DNA of 61,662 nt, filler included, from Candidatus Babelota bacterium (GTDB lineage: Bacteria > JAGOBX01), in NCBI GenBank assembly GCA_017999075.1. It is 13 parts of 13 records of this genome, joined end to end, with 100 filler letters (N's around TTAATTAATTAA, not from the genome) between each part and the next. Parts side by side here need not be neighbours in the genome. Positions count along the whole stretch, not along the records: positions 1 to 3,006 come from JAGOBX010000512.1; positions 3,107 to 6,107 come from JAGOBX010000513.1; positions 6,208 to 20,089 come from JAGOBX010000039.1; 10 more parts are not named here. The stretch is one strand, 5' to 3'. Position 1 is the stretch's first letter. Each line of letters begins with the position of its first letter. The notes under the pieces are model-generated. The model was not told the DNA's origin. It made no database searches and saw nothing but the letters and a program-made list of their open reading frames with translations. Shown piece by piece: positions 1 through 8,849 of this stretch. The translations under genes and the position numbers were made by a program.

Positions 1-100
1 ATATTAATGCTTTTTTCATTTTTTTTAATATAATAATTATATTTTTAACATATTTATGTTGAATTAAATTTAAATTATAAATAATAATAGATAAAAAAAT

Positions 101-1294
101 ATGTTTTTTTATGATTTAATAGTAATTGGAGCAGGCCCGGCTGGAAGCACTGCTGCAAGATACGCGGCAAAAAATAATCTGAAAGTTTTATTAATTGACA
201 AAGAAAAATTTCCTCGAGTTAAACCATGTGCTGCAGGATTGCCAAAGCATATTGATGAAATAATTGATTTTGATTTTTCTTCTGTTATAAAGAAAATTAC
301 AGATACCACTTTATTTACTTATAAATTTAAAAAACCTGTCAAACTTCAAAATGAAGAAGTTAAAATTAAAATGACAATGCGGCCGGAATTTGATTCCCTG
401 CTTGTAGAACACGCTGTTAAAAACGGAGCTGAATTTAAAGATTCCGTTAAAGTCAGGTATGTTGAAGAATCAGTAGATTCGGTTAAAGTTGTTACTGAAA
501 AAGATTCATACCACGCCAGGTATGTAATTGGCGCAGATGGAGCATTCAGTATAACAGCTAAATCAGCAGGTCTTATGAAAGACAGGGTTATGGGGTGGTC
601 AATAAATGCTGAAGTTTATGTTTCTGATAATATGCTTTTGAAACAGGGAAATGTTGTTAATATTGAAATGGGATTTATACCGGCAGGATATGCTTGGGTG
701 TTTCCGAAAGATGATCATTTGTCCTGTGGAGTAGGCACCAATTTGTCATTCAATATTAATAATTTTAAAAAAAGTTTTTATGAATATCTTGAAAAAAATC
801 CCACCACTCAAAAAATCAAAAAAATTTTTATGAAAGGACATCCACTCCCTCATAATTATTCTGATAATATAAAAATCAATACGCCCCGCATTATGCTTGC
901 TGGAGATGCTGCTTCTCTTGTTGAACCGTTGTCAGGAGAAGGAATTTATTATGCCATTAAAAGCGGGATTGTTTCAATAAAACATTTATTGAACAATATG
1001 AAGAATAATGAAACTTTGGACAATTATTCAAATGAAATTAATAAAACTTTCAGAATAGAATTTTATTATGCCGAAAGGTTTGCGAGAATATTTCATAAAT
1101 TCCCTAAATTGACTTATGATTTAGGAGTGGCCAACAATTTAGTCAATCAAAGATTTAAAAATTTACTAATAGGAAAAACATCTTATAAACAAATGTATGA
1201 CGAATTAAAACCGTTATATTCAAATTCATTTGTAAAACCTGCTGTAAAAATTATATCCAAAATTTCAAATGTATTAAATACTAAATCCATATAG
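101..1294 (+). CDS. Geranylgeranyl reductase family FAD-dependent oxidoreductase
   Basis: N-terminal GAGPAG dinucleotide-binding motif, KPCAAG, GADG, GYAWVFPK and GDAA..EPLSGEGI motifs typical of GGR/FixC flavoproteins. Confidence 0.88.
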   Translation: MFFYDLIVIGAGPAGSTAARYAAKNNLKVLLIDKEKFPRVKPCAAGLPKHIDEIIDFDFSSVIKKITDTTLFTYKFKKPVKLQNEEVKIKMTMRPEFDSLLVEHAVKNGAEFKDSVKVRYVEESVDSVKVVTEKDSYHARYVIGADGAFSITAKSAGLMKDRVMGWSINAEVYVSDNMLLKQGNVVNIEMGFIPAGYAWVFPKDDHLSCGVGTNLSFNINNFKKSFYEYLEKNPTTQKIKKIFMKGHPLPHNYSDNIKINTPRIMLAGDAASLVEPLSGEGIYYAIKSGIVSIKHLLNNMKNNETLDNYSNEINKTFRIEFYYAERFARIFHKFPKLTYDLGVANNLVNQRFKNLLIGKTSYKQMYDELKPLYSNSFVKPAVKIISKISNVLNTKSI

Positions 1295-1306
1295 TAAACC
1301 GTTTAT

Positions 1307-3006
1307 TTGTTTATGATAAAAAAAAAAAAAAATGTATATGATTTTTTCTTGAAAAAAAATTATGACGCAATTTTTATTTCGATTATCTGCCTGATAATTT
1401 TGGTCCATATAAGCAGATTCAATGGAATACATATTGATGAAGGAATTTATTTATCAAAATCTTTGGGATTCGGGAAATGGCTTTTAAAAATTTTGACTTC
1501 TTCAAATTATGAAGAGTTTTCTGATCTTGCTTCAATAAAAACAATGACAGAATATTTTGATGATCTTGGCGGCAATAATATGTTTAAACCGGGAGGATTA
1601 GATCCACATCCGCCGTTAACTAAGATTATAACTTTTTTTGGATATATTTTATCTCCTGATTTTCTTACAGGATTACAAAAATTAAGATTAGGAAATTGCC
1701 TGCTGATAACTGTTATGATTTATTTTTTATACAGATTTGCTGTTGTAAATTTAGGCAGACTTACCGCTTTTATTTCTATTTTTATATTTATGACTTTTCC
1801 GCAGGTTTTAGGGTATGCTCCGACAGGTTTGACTGACCCTACAGCAATGTCAATTAATTTTTTGTGCATAATATGTTTTTTTGAATTTCACAACACGAAT
1901 AAATTTTATTATTGGCTGACTCCATTTTTGTTCGGTTTAATGTTTCTTGCTAAAATCAGTGTACTGATAACTTTATTTACAGTTTTAATAATAATTATAT
2001 TTCAATCCAGAAAAATATATTTTATTTTAAAATTTGCAGTTTCAGTTATTTTCGGATATGTAATTTTTATATGTTTGACTCCTCAATTTTGGAATGATCC
2101 TGTTTTAAAACCTTATAATTATTTTTTACAGCATATAAAACATTATCACACTGAAATTTTAGTTTTTAATCACCTGGTTCCTTCTCAATATAGCAAATAT
2201 ATTTTTTGGTATCCTTTTTTTATTTTTTTGTTCACGCTTCCTTCAGCATATCTTTTTTTATTTATTTACTGGATAAAAAACATTATAACACGCTCATTCA
2301 AATTTGATAAAATAAAATTATTCATTGCAATAAATTCGTTTATCCCTTTGCTGATATCATGTCTTCCTTTTCCTCCGAAATATGGATCAACAAGATTATT
2401 TTTGTCTGTTTTTCCTTTTGCCGCATTACTATTTGGTATTATAACTGTAAAATTCATATCAAAATTTTCATTCAGAATCAAGATTTTTCTTTTGACATTA
2501 TTATTTATTGTACAACCGGTCTTATTATATATAATTCATCCTCATTATCTGCTTTATTCAAATGAAATATCGAAGACTATATATGAAAATGAAAAATTGG
2601 GAATTAAAATGCAGGAATGTTTTATGGAATTAAATGAAACAGTAATTTCATATCTCAATTCTTTGCCGGAAAATACAAAAATTATTTTTGAACCGTATAA
2701 CTATGATTTTTTAAATTTAATGTATGACAATAAAATTTTAAATAAAGGAATTATTGCTGTAAAAAATATAAAAGAAGCTGATTATGTTGTAATGCTGGCG
2801 AGTTTTCATGTCAACCTGCTTGATTATGCATGGAAAAAAATTCCTGCTTTCAAAACGTTTTCATCAAATAATATTGATTATGTAAAAATATTTAAAATTT
2901 CGGATTACAAATTTTATAATTTGGAAAAACCATATGACTTCCCGGGAAAAAATCCAGGAAAACTATTTTGGATTTTAAATTGGCTGATAAATATTATATT
3001 TTATTT
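1307..3006 (+). CDS. Polytopic GT-C fold glycosyltransferase (ArnT/PMT-like), 3'-truncated at contig end
   Basis: DE motif after first TM helix (HIDEGIY), HPPL motif, many hydrophobic helices; ORF runs into the N spacer. Confidence 0.7.
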
Positions 3007-3106
3007 NNNNNNNNNNNNNNNNNNNNNNNNNNNNNNNNNNNNNNNNNNNNTTAATTAATTAANNNNNNNNNNNNNNNNNNNNNNNNNNNNNNNNNNNNNN
3101 NNNNNN
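3007..3106. other. Artificial contig spacer N44-TTAATTAATTAA-N44 (first of 12)
   Basis: Identical 100-nt all-frame-stop linkers at 3007, 6108, 20090, 23181, 37101, 40184, 43262, 46336, 49408, 52480, 55543 and 58605. Confidence 0.99.
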
Positions 3107-3548
3107 ATTTAACCTGACTTTTTATTTTCAAATATATTTCATCAAATTTTCTAAACGGGCAATGTGAATCAAGAATAAATACTTTTCCTATAAGATTAAT
3201 TAACGCAATCATAATATTATTTTTTTCTATTACAGAATAACCGAAACCCGGGACTCCTTCTGAAAAATTTGCAGGACGTATAAGTTTGGGGTTAGCGCTG
3301 ATATATGGATAAATTTCTTTTTTACTCCAAATATGATTTCCTGAAGTAATTATATCCACTCCAAGTTTAAAAAAATCATCCGCTATTTTCGGAGTGATTC
3401 CAAACCCTCCGGCAGAATTTTCTCCATTTAAAACAGTAATATCAATTTTTTGAGATTCCACTGAATTCTTATAATTTTTAAAAACAGATTCTCTTCCCGC
3501 AGAACCAAAAACATCTCCAATAAACCATAGTTTAATAAATTTTGTCAT
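3107..3548 (-). CDS. ymdB: YmdB-like (TIGR00282) metallophosphoesterase, 3'-truncated
   Basis: FIGDVFG, NGENSAGGFGIT, TSGNHIW and RPAN motifs. Confidence 0.88.
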
Positions 3549-3572
3549 AACAATCTTCCTTAATTGTTTTTT

Positions 3573-5294
3573 CTATTGTTTCAAATAATTAATTTTTTGC
3601 TGAATCGTATCGCTATTTTTTATAAGCACTGATTTATTATACCATTCAACAGCCTCATTTTTTTTATTCAATGCGGATAAAATATCTCCGTAATGTTCAA
3701 ATATAATCGGATCTTCGAACTCAGTAAAATTAATTTTTTTTATTATTTCAAGGGATTTTTCATATTTTTTCACAAGAAAATAATACCATGCCAGACTATC
3801 TGTATAAAAAGGATTATCGGGTTTGGATTTAACCGCTTTGGAAATATAAATAAAAGCCGAATCAAAATTAACATTCTTTTCAAGATAACTGTATCCCACA
3901 TAATTATAAATATGCGGATCAGCATGATTAGGATAATTGATAATAATTTTCTCAAAATATTCAAAAACTTTATCCACATTATTCTTGATTGAATATAAAT
4001 TCGCTATATAATTAAAAACATCCGGATCATTTATTACAGGATAATTTTTCATTCCATTTTCAAGCAATATAATTGCAGAATCAATATCTTTATTTTTAAA
4101 ATAGACATTAGCAGTCATTATCCATATTTCTGAAATTTCAGGCCGAAGCGTCAAAGCAGTTTTAAATGATTCTATTGACTTTTTGTAGGCAAATTTATTT
4201 TCATAAATATATCCGGAAAAAATATAAGGTTCAGGCATTTTGGGATTCATTGCAATAATATTACTGCATAAAAAAAGGGAACTGTCATAATTCTGATTAT
4301 AAAAATAAAGTTTTGAAAGCAAATACATTATATTTATATTGTCAGGATAATTAATAAAAAGATTTTCAAATGCCGATACAGCAATATCAAATTTCTGTTT
4401 TTTAGCAAAATATAATCCCGCTTCAGTAATAAACATATCTCTTTTTTTAATATTATCAGTTTCATTCATTCCGATCAATAAAAATTTATCAAAAATTCTA
4501 TTTGCTTCTTTTATATTATTTTTAAGCGCGTAAATCTGCATAAGTTGAAGATAAGCATCTATATACGAAGGATCAATTTCTATTAAACGATTCAAAATTT
4601 CTTCAGATTTATCAAACTTATTGACTAAAAAATATGAGAGCCCGAGGTTATAAAGCAATGATGGATTATCAGAATAATAATCATAACATAAAGAATAATA
4701 ATATATTGCATTATCATATTTTTTATTTAAAAAATATGAATTGCCTAGAAAAAATAAAAATTCCGGATTTTTCAAAAAAGCTTCTGTATCAGAATTAAAT
4801 GATTTGAGAAGATATACAAGCGATTGCTGAGGAATATCCAATAAAACATACAATTTCCCTATTTGATAATAAATATCAGCAGAATTATCCGGAGATATCA
4901 TTAAAGCCGTAAGATAATCTTTCAATGCTTCCTTATATTTATTCATATCTATAAATATTTTGGCGCGCGTTGTTATAAACCTCTGATTATCAGGTTCAAA
5001 TTTAAGTGCTTCATCAATATATTTTATAGCTTTATTCAAATCTCCGTTATTATAATGGGACGTTGCTATATGAAATTTTAAGATTCCGCTTCTTTCAGAT
5101 ATGCTGTTTTTTTTAGAAACCGATGAAAAAAAAGCCGAAGTATCGGGATTTTCAGGTGCAGCATTAACAATAACTTCAGAAAGATCGTCTGTATATTCTG
5201 AAGCTTTCAAATCCTGAATAAAACAAAAAAAATTATTCAAAAACAATATTAAACTTAACAAAAAAATGAAAAAAATATGTTTATTATATTTCAT
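3573..5294 (-). CDS. Exported tetratricopeptide-repeat protein
   Basis: Signal-peptide-like N-terminus and repeated TPR helices; C-terminal NYVGYSY..DSLAW..EHYGD pattern common in periplasmic TPR proteins. Confidence 0.85.
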   Translation of the reverse strand: MKYNKHIFFIFLLSLILFLNNFFCFIQDLKASEYTDDLSEVIVNAAPENPDTSAFFSSVSKKNSISERSGILKFHIATSHYNNGDLNKAIKYIDEALKFEPDNQRFITTRAKIFIDMNKYKEALKDYLTALMISPDNSADIYYQIGKLYVLLDIPQQSLVYLLKSFNSDTEAFLKNPEFLFFLGNSYFLNKKYDNAIYYYSLCYDYYSDNPSLLYNLGLSYFLVNKFDKSEEILNRLIEIDPSYIDAYLQLMQIYALKNNIKEANRIFDKFLLIGMNETDNIKKRDMFITEAGLYFAKKQKFDIAVSAFENLFINYPDNINIMYLLSKLYFYNQNYDSSLFLCSNIIAMNPKMPEPYIFSGYIYENKFAYKKSIESFKTALTLRPEISEIWIMTANVYFKNKDIDSAIILLENGMKNYPVINDPDVFNYIANLYSIKNNVDKVFEYFEKIIINYPNHADPHIYNYVGYSYLEKNVNFDSAFIYISKAVKSKPDNPFYTDSLAWYYFLVKKYEKSLEIIKKINFTEFEDPIIFEHYGDILSALNKKNEAVEWYNKSVLIKNSDTIQQKINYLKQ

Positions 5295-5378
5295 AATAAT
5301 TCAAATAACATTTTAATATTCAGATTTCTATTGTCAATGAGTTTTTAAAATTACACACTATATTTATATTCTAATTTT

Positions 5379-6089
5379 TTAAAGTTCCTTGTGTAAAGAA
5401 ATTATATACTGGCTGCCAAAAGGCAGATAATTTAAAAATTTTTCAATATGCCGAATTTTCTGTAATTTTTCGGGAAAATAAAGAATATATTTTTTTATTC
5501 GAGTTTTTAACCCTGTTTTTTCAGCAGAACAAATTATTTCTTTTGGGTGGATTATTAGGCATCCCTTGTCAAAACTGCAGCTGTTTACAATATATCTTGT
5601 AAGAGGATTAAACGGGTTGTGTTCGCAAATAATTATTGAACCTCCGGATTTCAACATATCCCTCAACCCCAAAAATAATTTATTAAATTTATTCGCGCCA
5701 ATATGATGGAGAACATTTATAAATATAATTGAATCCACAGTTTCAGGCTTAAATGGAATACTGAATATATCCATGTTTAATTTTAATGGAGTATTATTAT
5801 TTAAAAGCATATTAAAACTTATGTCGGCAGCTATAACTACACTATCCTGAGAAATCAATTTATATAATTGGCTTTGTCCGCTACCTGCTTCAAGAATAAT
5901 TTTTTTCCCATCAGGCAAAAGTTCATTAATATATTCCGCTCTGACTTTTTCAAAATAGTGGGAATTTCCTGCAAAACCATACTCATTTTTCCGAATATTA
6001 TTATAATCATCTGCAATAATATTGAATATTTTCTTTGAAGAATTAAGTTCTTTTGCATAATCAATAATGTTTTTAGTTTTAAAATTCAA
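5379..6089 (-). CDS. Class I SAM-dependent methyltransferase (start possibly truncated by contig end)
   Basis: ILEAGSG motif I, AADIS, VLHHI, EHNPFNPLTR. Confidence 0.8.
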   Translation of the reverse strand: MNFKTKNIIDYAKELNSSKKIFNIIADDYNNIRKNEYGFAGNSHYFEKVRAEYINELLPDGKKIILEAGSGQSQLYKLISQDSVVIAADISFNMLLNNNTPLKLNMDIFSIPFKPETVDSIIFINVLHHIGANKFNKLFLGLRDMLKSGGSIIICEHNPFNPLTRYIVNSCSFDKGCLIIHPKEIICSAEKTGLKTRIKKYILYFPEKLQKIRHIEKFLNYLPFGSQYIISLHKEL

Positions 6090-6207
6090 TGCGCAAGTAT
6101 ATTTTTCNNNNNNNNNNNNNNNNNNNNNNNNNNNNNNNNNNNNNNNNNNNNTTAATTAATTAANNNNNNNNNNNNNNNNNNNNNNNNNNNNNNNNNNNNN
6201 NNNNNNN

Positions 6208-6324
6208 ATATTTGGGCAAACAATTTTTCTTTAAATTATTATAAACTGTTTTTCTTGAAATACCCAGCATTTCAGCAATTTGTGTTTGAGTTAAACCTTT
6301 ATTTAATAAACTTTTTATTTCCAT
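6208..6324 (-). CDS. Helix-turn-helix protein N-terminus, resembling IS21-family IstA; truncated by contig end (not in ORF track)
   Basis: Translates MEIKSLLNKGLTQTQIAEMLGISRKTVYNNLKKNCLPKY, preceded by AGGAGG SD. Confidence 0.65.
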
Positions 6325-6343
6325 GTATTCCTCCTATGATAAA

Positions 6344-6349
6344 TATCAA
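6344..6349 (-). promoter_or_regulatory. -35 half (TTGATA) of IS110 circle-junction promoter
   Basis: After circularisation at AGGAG it lies exactly 17 nt from TATGAT (7884-7879). Confidence 0.65.
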
Positions 6350-6606
6350 TATTTTTTATAAATAACCTACACTTTGTATTTTTAACACAATAATTACATT
6401 GACAAATGTCCTTAAATTTTATATTTAATTATTTGCCTCTTGCTTTTTGCTTTTTTCAGCCGTTTTAACCATTCGGCTGTTTTTATCTTTGAAGCACAGG
6501 CAAGGGGTTCCTATAAAAATATAAAACCTCTTTCAAATCAAAGGAAAAAACATAAATAAAAATGGTTCGGGGTTTGGGGCAGAGCCCCAATATTATTTTT
6601 CCCTTT

Positions 6607-7635
6607 TTATATTTTCTTTAATTCAAAGTTCTTGAAATTTTCAAACTCCCAATTATTTTTTAACGTTTTATATATAATTCCTAACATTTTTCTTGCTGTT
6701 GCTATTATCGCTTTACCTGCGCCTCGTTTTAACTTTATTCGTTTATAAAATTCTTTTATATGCGGAGAAAACTTCATCGCTATCAGAGTTATTTGCACTA
6801 ATGTCGTTCGTGCTATTTTATTTCCGAATTTTGTTATATGTCCTCGTTTTTGTTTTCCGCCACTGTCATATCCACGTGGTACTATTCCGAAATATGCAAA
6901 CAATTTTTTCTCGCTGGCAAAATTCATTATGTTCCCGATTGTATTCAGTAAGATAGACGCACTCAATGTTCCGATTCCGGTTATACTTATTAAATTTTTG
7001 AACCCGTCCATTTTTTGTCCGTGTTTTTCAATCTCTTCGTCAAGCTTTTTTATCTGCTCATTTAACGCATGTATCGTATCTACAATATTGCCTACTACAA
7101 AACGATTCGTTTCGCTAATTCCTTTTACTAACTTCACTTCTTCCAACTGTTTGCGGCTTCCGAATGTTTCGCGTTCTGTTACAATGCCTTCACTGTTCAA
7201 TATCCCGTGAAGCTGGTTCTTTAATGTGCTTCGGCATTTAACAAGTTTGTCTCGCGTGTTTATCAAATTTTGTATTGCTCGTTCATCTTTGTTTTTCATA
7301 CGTATTTCCGGTATCATATCTTTTTTTAAAAATTCGCTGATAGTTTCAGCATCTCGTTTATCAGTCTTGTTTACTGATTCGCTTATTACTTTAAACTTAT
7401 GCGTGTTTATCACTTTAACCGTTTTTACCAAACCTGAAATCTGATCATAAAAATATCCTGTATTACCGCTCGATTCAACCGCAACTTCACACTCTTTATT
7501 CAATTTTTTTTTGAATAGCGCATATCCGACCGCGTCTGTTTTATATTCCGTCGTTTTTTTTCGACCCTTATCGCTAATCCAGCACACTGTAAAACTTCGT
7601 TTGTGTAAATCTACACCTGCATATCTGTAATTCAT
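6607..7635 (-). CDS. IS110-family transposase/recombinase (DEDD RuvC-like + Tnp20 domain)
   Basis: GVDLH, VAVES, KTDKRDA (D-E-D-D), ITGIG, YFGIVP..YDSGGK (catalytic Ser), ITKFGN, KAIIATARK. Confidence 0.96.
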   Translation of the reverse strand: MNYRYAGVDLHKRSFTVCWISDKGRKKTTEYKTDAVGYALFKKKLNKECEVAVESSGNTGYFYDQISGLVKTVKVINTHKFKVISESVNKTDKRDAETISEFLKKDMIPEIRMKNKDERAIQNLINTRDKLVKCRSTLKNQLHGILNSEGIVTERETFGSRKQLEEVKLVKGISETNRFVVGNIVDTIHALNEQIKKLDEEIEKHGQKMDGFKNLISITGIGTLSASILLNTIGNIMNFASEKKLFAYFGIVPRGYDSGGKQKRGHITKFGNKIARTTLVQITLIAMKFSPHIKEFYKRIKLKRGAGKAIIATARKMLGIIYKTLKNNWEFENFKNFELKKI

Positions 7636-7644
7636 CTTAACCTA

Positions 7645-7872
7645 CCTCCGCTTAAAATATTTTAAAATTCCGCAGAGTAGATTATTTATTGCGACTTGGG
7701 TTCGTCTTACTCCTATCCAGGCATTAACGCCTATATTGGCTTTTACGACAGCAGGTGGCAAGATTACTCTCCTTTCCCGGGTTCTTTTATGACCCACAAA
7801 AAATAATCCAATCTGCTGCCTTCTACTCCGCGTTGTTTTATTTTACTTCGCGAAGTTAACCCGCGCTATATT
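7645..7872 (-). ncRNA. Putative IS110 bridge RNA (seekRNA) with target- and donor-binding loops; ends approximate
   Basis: GC-richer non-coding left end. Outer stem 7832-7822/7681-7671 and two internal-loop hairpins. Guides AAAGGAG (7775-7769) and ATAGGAG (7716-7710) match the left flank and right end. Confidence 0.75.
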
Positions 7873-7878
7873 TTATTT

Positions 7879-7884
7879 ATCATA
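7879..7884 (-). promoter_or_regulatory. -10 half (TATGAT) of IS110 circle-junction promoter
   Basis: 4 nt inside the left end; pairs with TTGATA of the right end at 17-nt spacing in the circle. Confidence 0.7.
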
Positions 7885-7911
7885 CCATCTCCTTTTTTTA
7901 AAAATGAACAA

Positions 7912-8826
7912 TTAAAACCAGTCAATCAAAATTTTTAAATCTTCAATATCTCCGTTTTCGATTTCAAGAGTGAAAAGGTTCAGACCCTTTTCTTTCAGCT
8001 TTCTTACGATAGGCTTTAAATTTTGGGAACATTCATTATAAAGATGGGAATGAGAATCTCTGATTTTAGTTTTTTCAGTGACTTCAGTCATTAAATTATG
8101 ATTTAAATGAACCCCGAAAATTTTTTTTTTTTCTATTATTTCTTCGCATATTTCATAAAAATTAAAATTATGAATCAGAGAAGAGCACCATAAATGTCCT
8201 GTATCTAACCATAAATTGTCTATAAGTTCAAATATTTCTATAGGTCTTTGCAGACCGCTTCCCACTCCGACAAAATCATTTTCAAAACAAATTATATAAT
8301 CAGGATAACAATTTCTTAAAAATAAATAATTGCGTTTGAATATATTTTTATAATATTCGAATTCTTCAGTTTCGAAAAAAGAAGGATTCATTATAAAAGA
8401 TTTATCAAGGCAATATTTTTCAGGGATATTTGCCCTTAAAATTTTTCTGTAGTTTGCCATATCATGAGGTATCAAACGATCTGTCATAAAGAAACCATGG
8501 GAAAAAAATATGTTGGTGTCGAATATTTTAAGGTGATTTACAGCATTGGCACTTTGTTTTTTGATATTTTCAAAATCAGGATGAGCAAGATTGAAAAAAT
8601 ATTCCGCAAGCACAGGAGAATGAACTGTAAACCGTATATGGTTTTTTAATTCCAACAACTTGTCATATAGATTTTTTGTTATAGAATTATGGATTTGAAT
8701 GCCGAAATTAAACCCTGCCAGTTCGGCAATTTTTTTTGCTTCAGATATCTTAGATAAATAATTATCTTCATTCAGACACATTGAACTGTATTCTACAGTG
8801 ATTTTTTTATTAAACAAATCAGGCAT
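7912..8826 (-). CDS. Xylose-isomerase-like TIM barrel (sugar phosphate isomerase/epimerase family)
   Basis: Metal-ligand motifs TVHSP, FEND, WLDTGH, VHLNHN..DSH, TLEI. Confidence 0.7.
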   Translation of the reverse strand: MPDLFNKKITVEYSSMCLNEDNYLSKISEAKKIAELAGFNFGIQIHNSITKNLYDKLLELKNHIRFTVHSPVLAEYFFNLAHPDFENIKKQSANAVNHLKIFDTNIFFSHGFFMTDRLIPHDMANYRKILRANIPEKYCLDKSFIMNPSFFETEEFEYYKNIFKRNYLFLRNCYPDYIICFENDFVGVGSGLQRPIEIFELIDNLWLDTGHLWCSSLIHNFNFYEICEEIIEKKKIFGVHLNHNLMTEVTEKTKIRDSHSHLYNECSQNLKPIVRKLKEKGLNLFTLEIENGDIEDLKILIDWF

Positions 8827-8849
8827 ATTGAATATAATATTTTTTTAAA

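Larger units (their letters stand above)
6331..7893 (-). mobile_element. IS110-family insertion sequence, apparently complete, flanked by a repeated AGGAG core
   Basis: Intact IS110 recombinase; AGGAG at both boundaries (7893-7889 and 6335-6331 on minus); no terminal inverted repeats; joined ends give a sigma70 promoter; structured non-coding left end. Confidence 0.8.

Noticed and set aside
3051-3062. Recurrent TTAATTAATTAA palindrome as a biological repeat or CRISPR repeat
   Set aside because: Always centred in an N-run of fixed length; it is an artificial all-frame-stop linker.
6500-6545. Alternative IS110 right end at TTGAAA...ATAGGAAC
   Set aside because: Matches only ATAGGA of the donor guide and gives no 17-nt -35/-10 spacing on circularisation; 6331 fits better.
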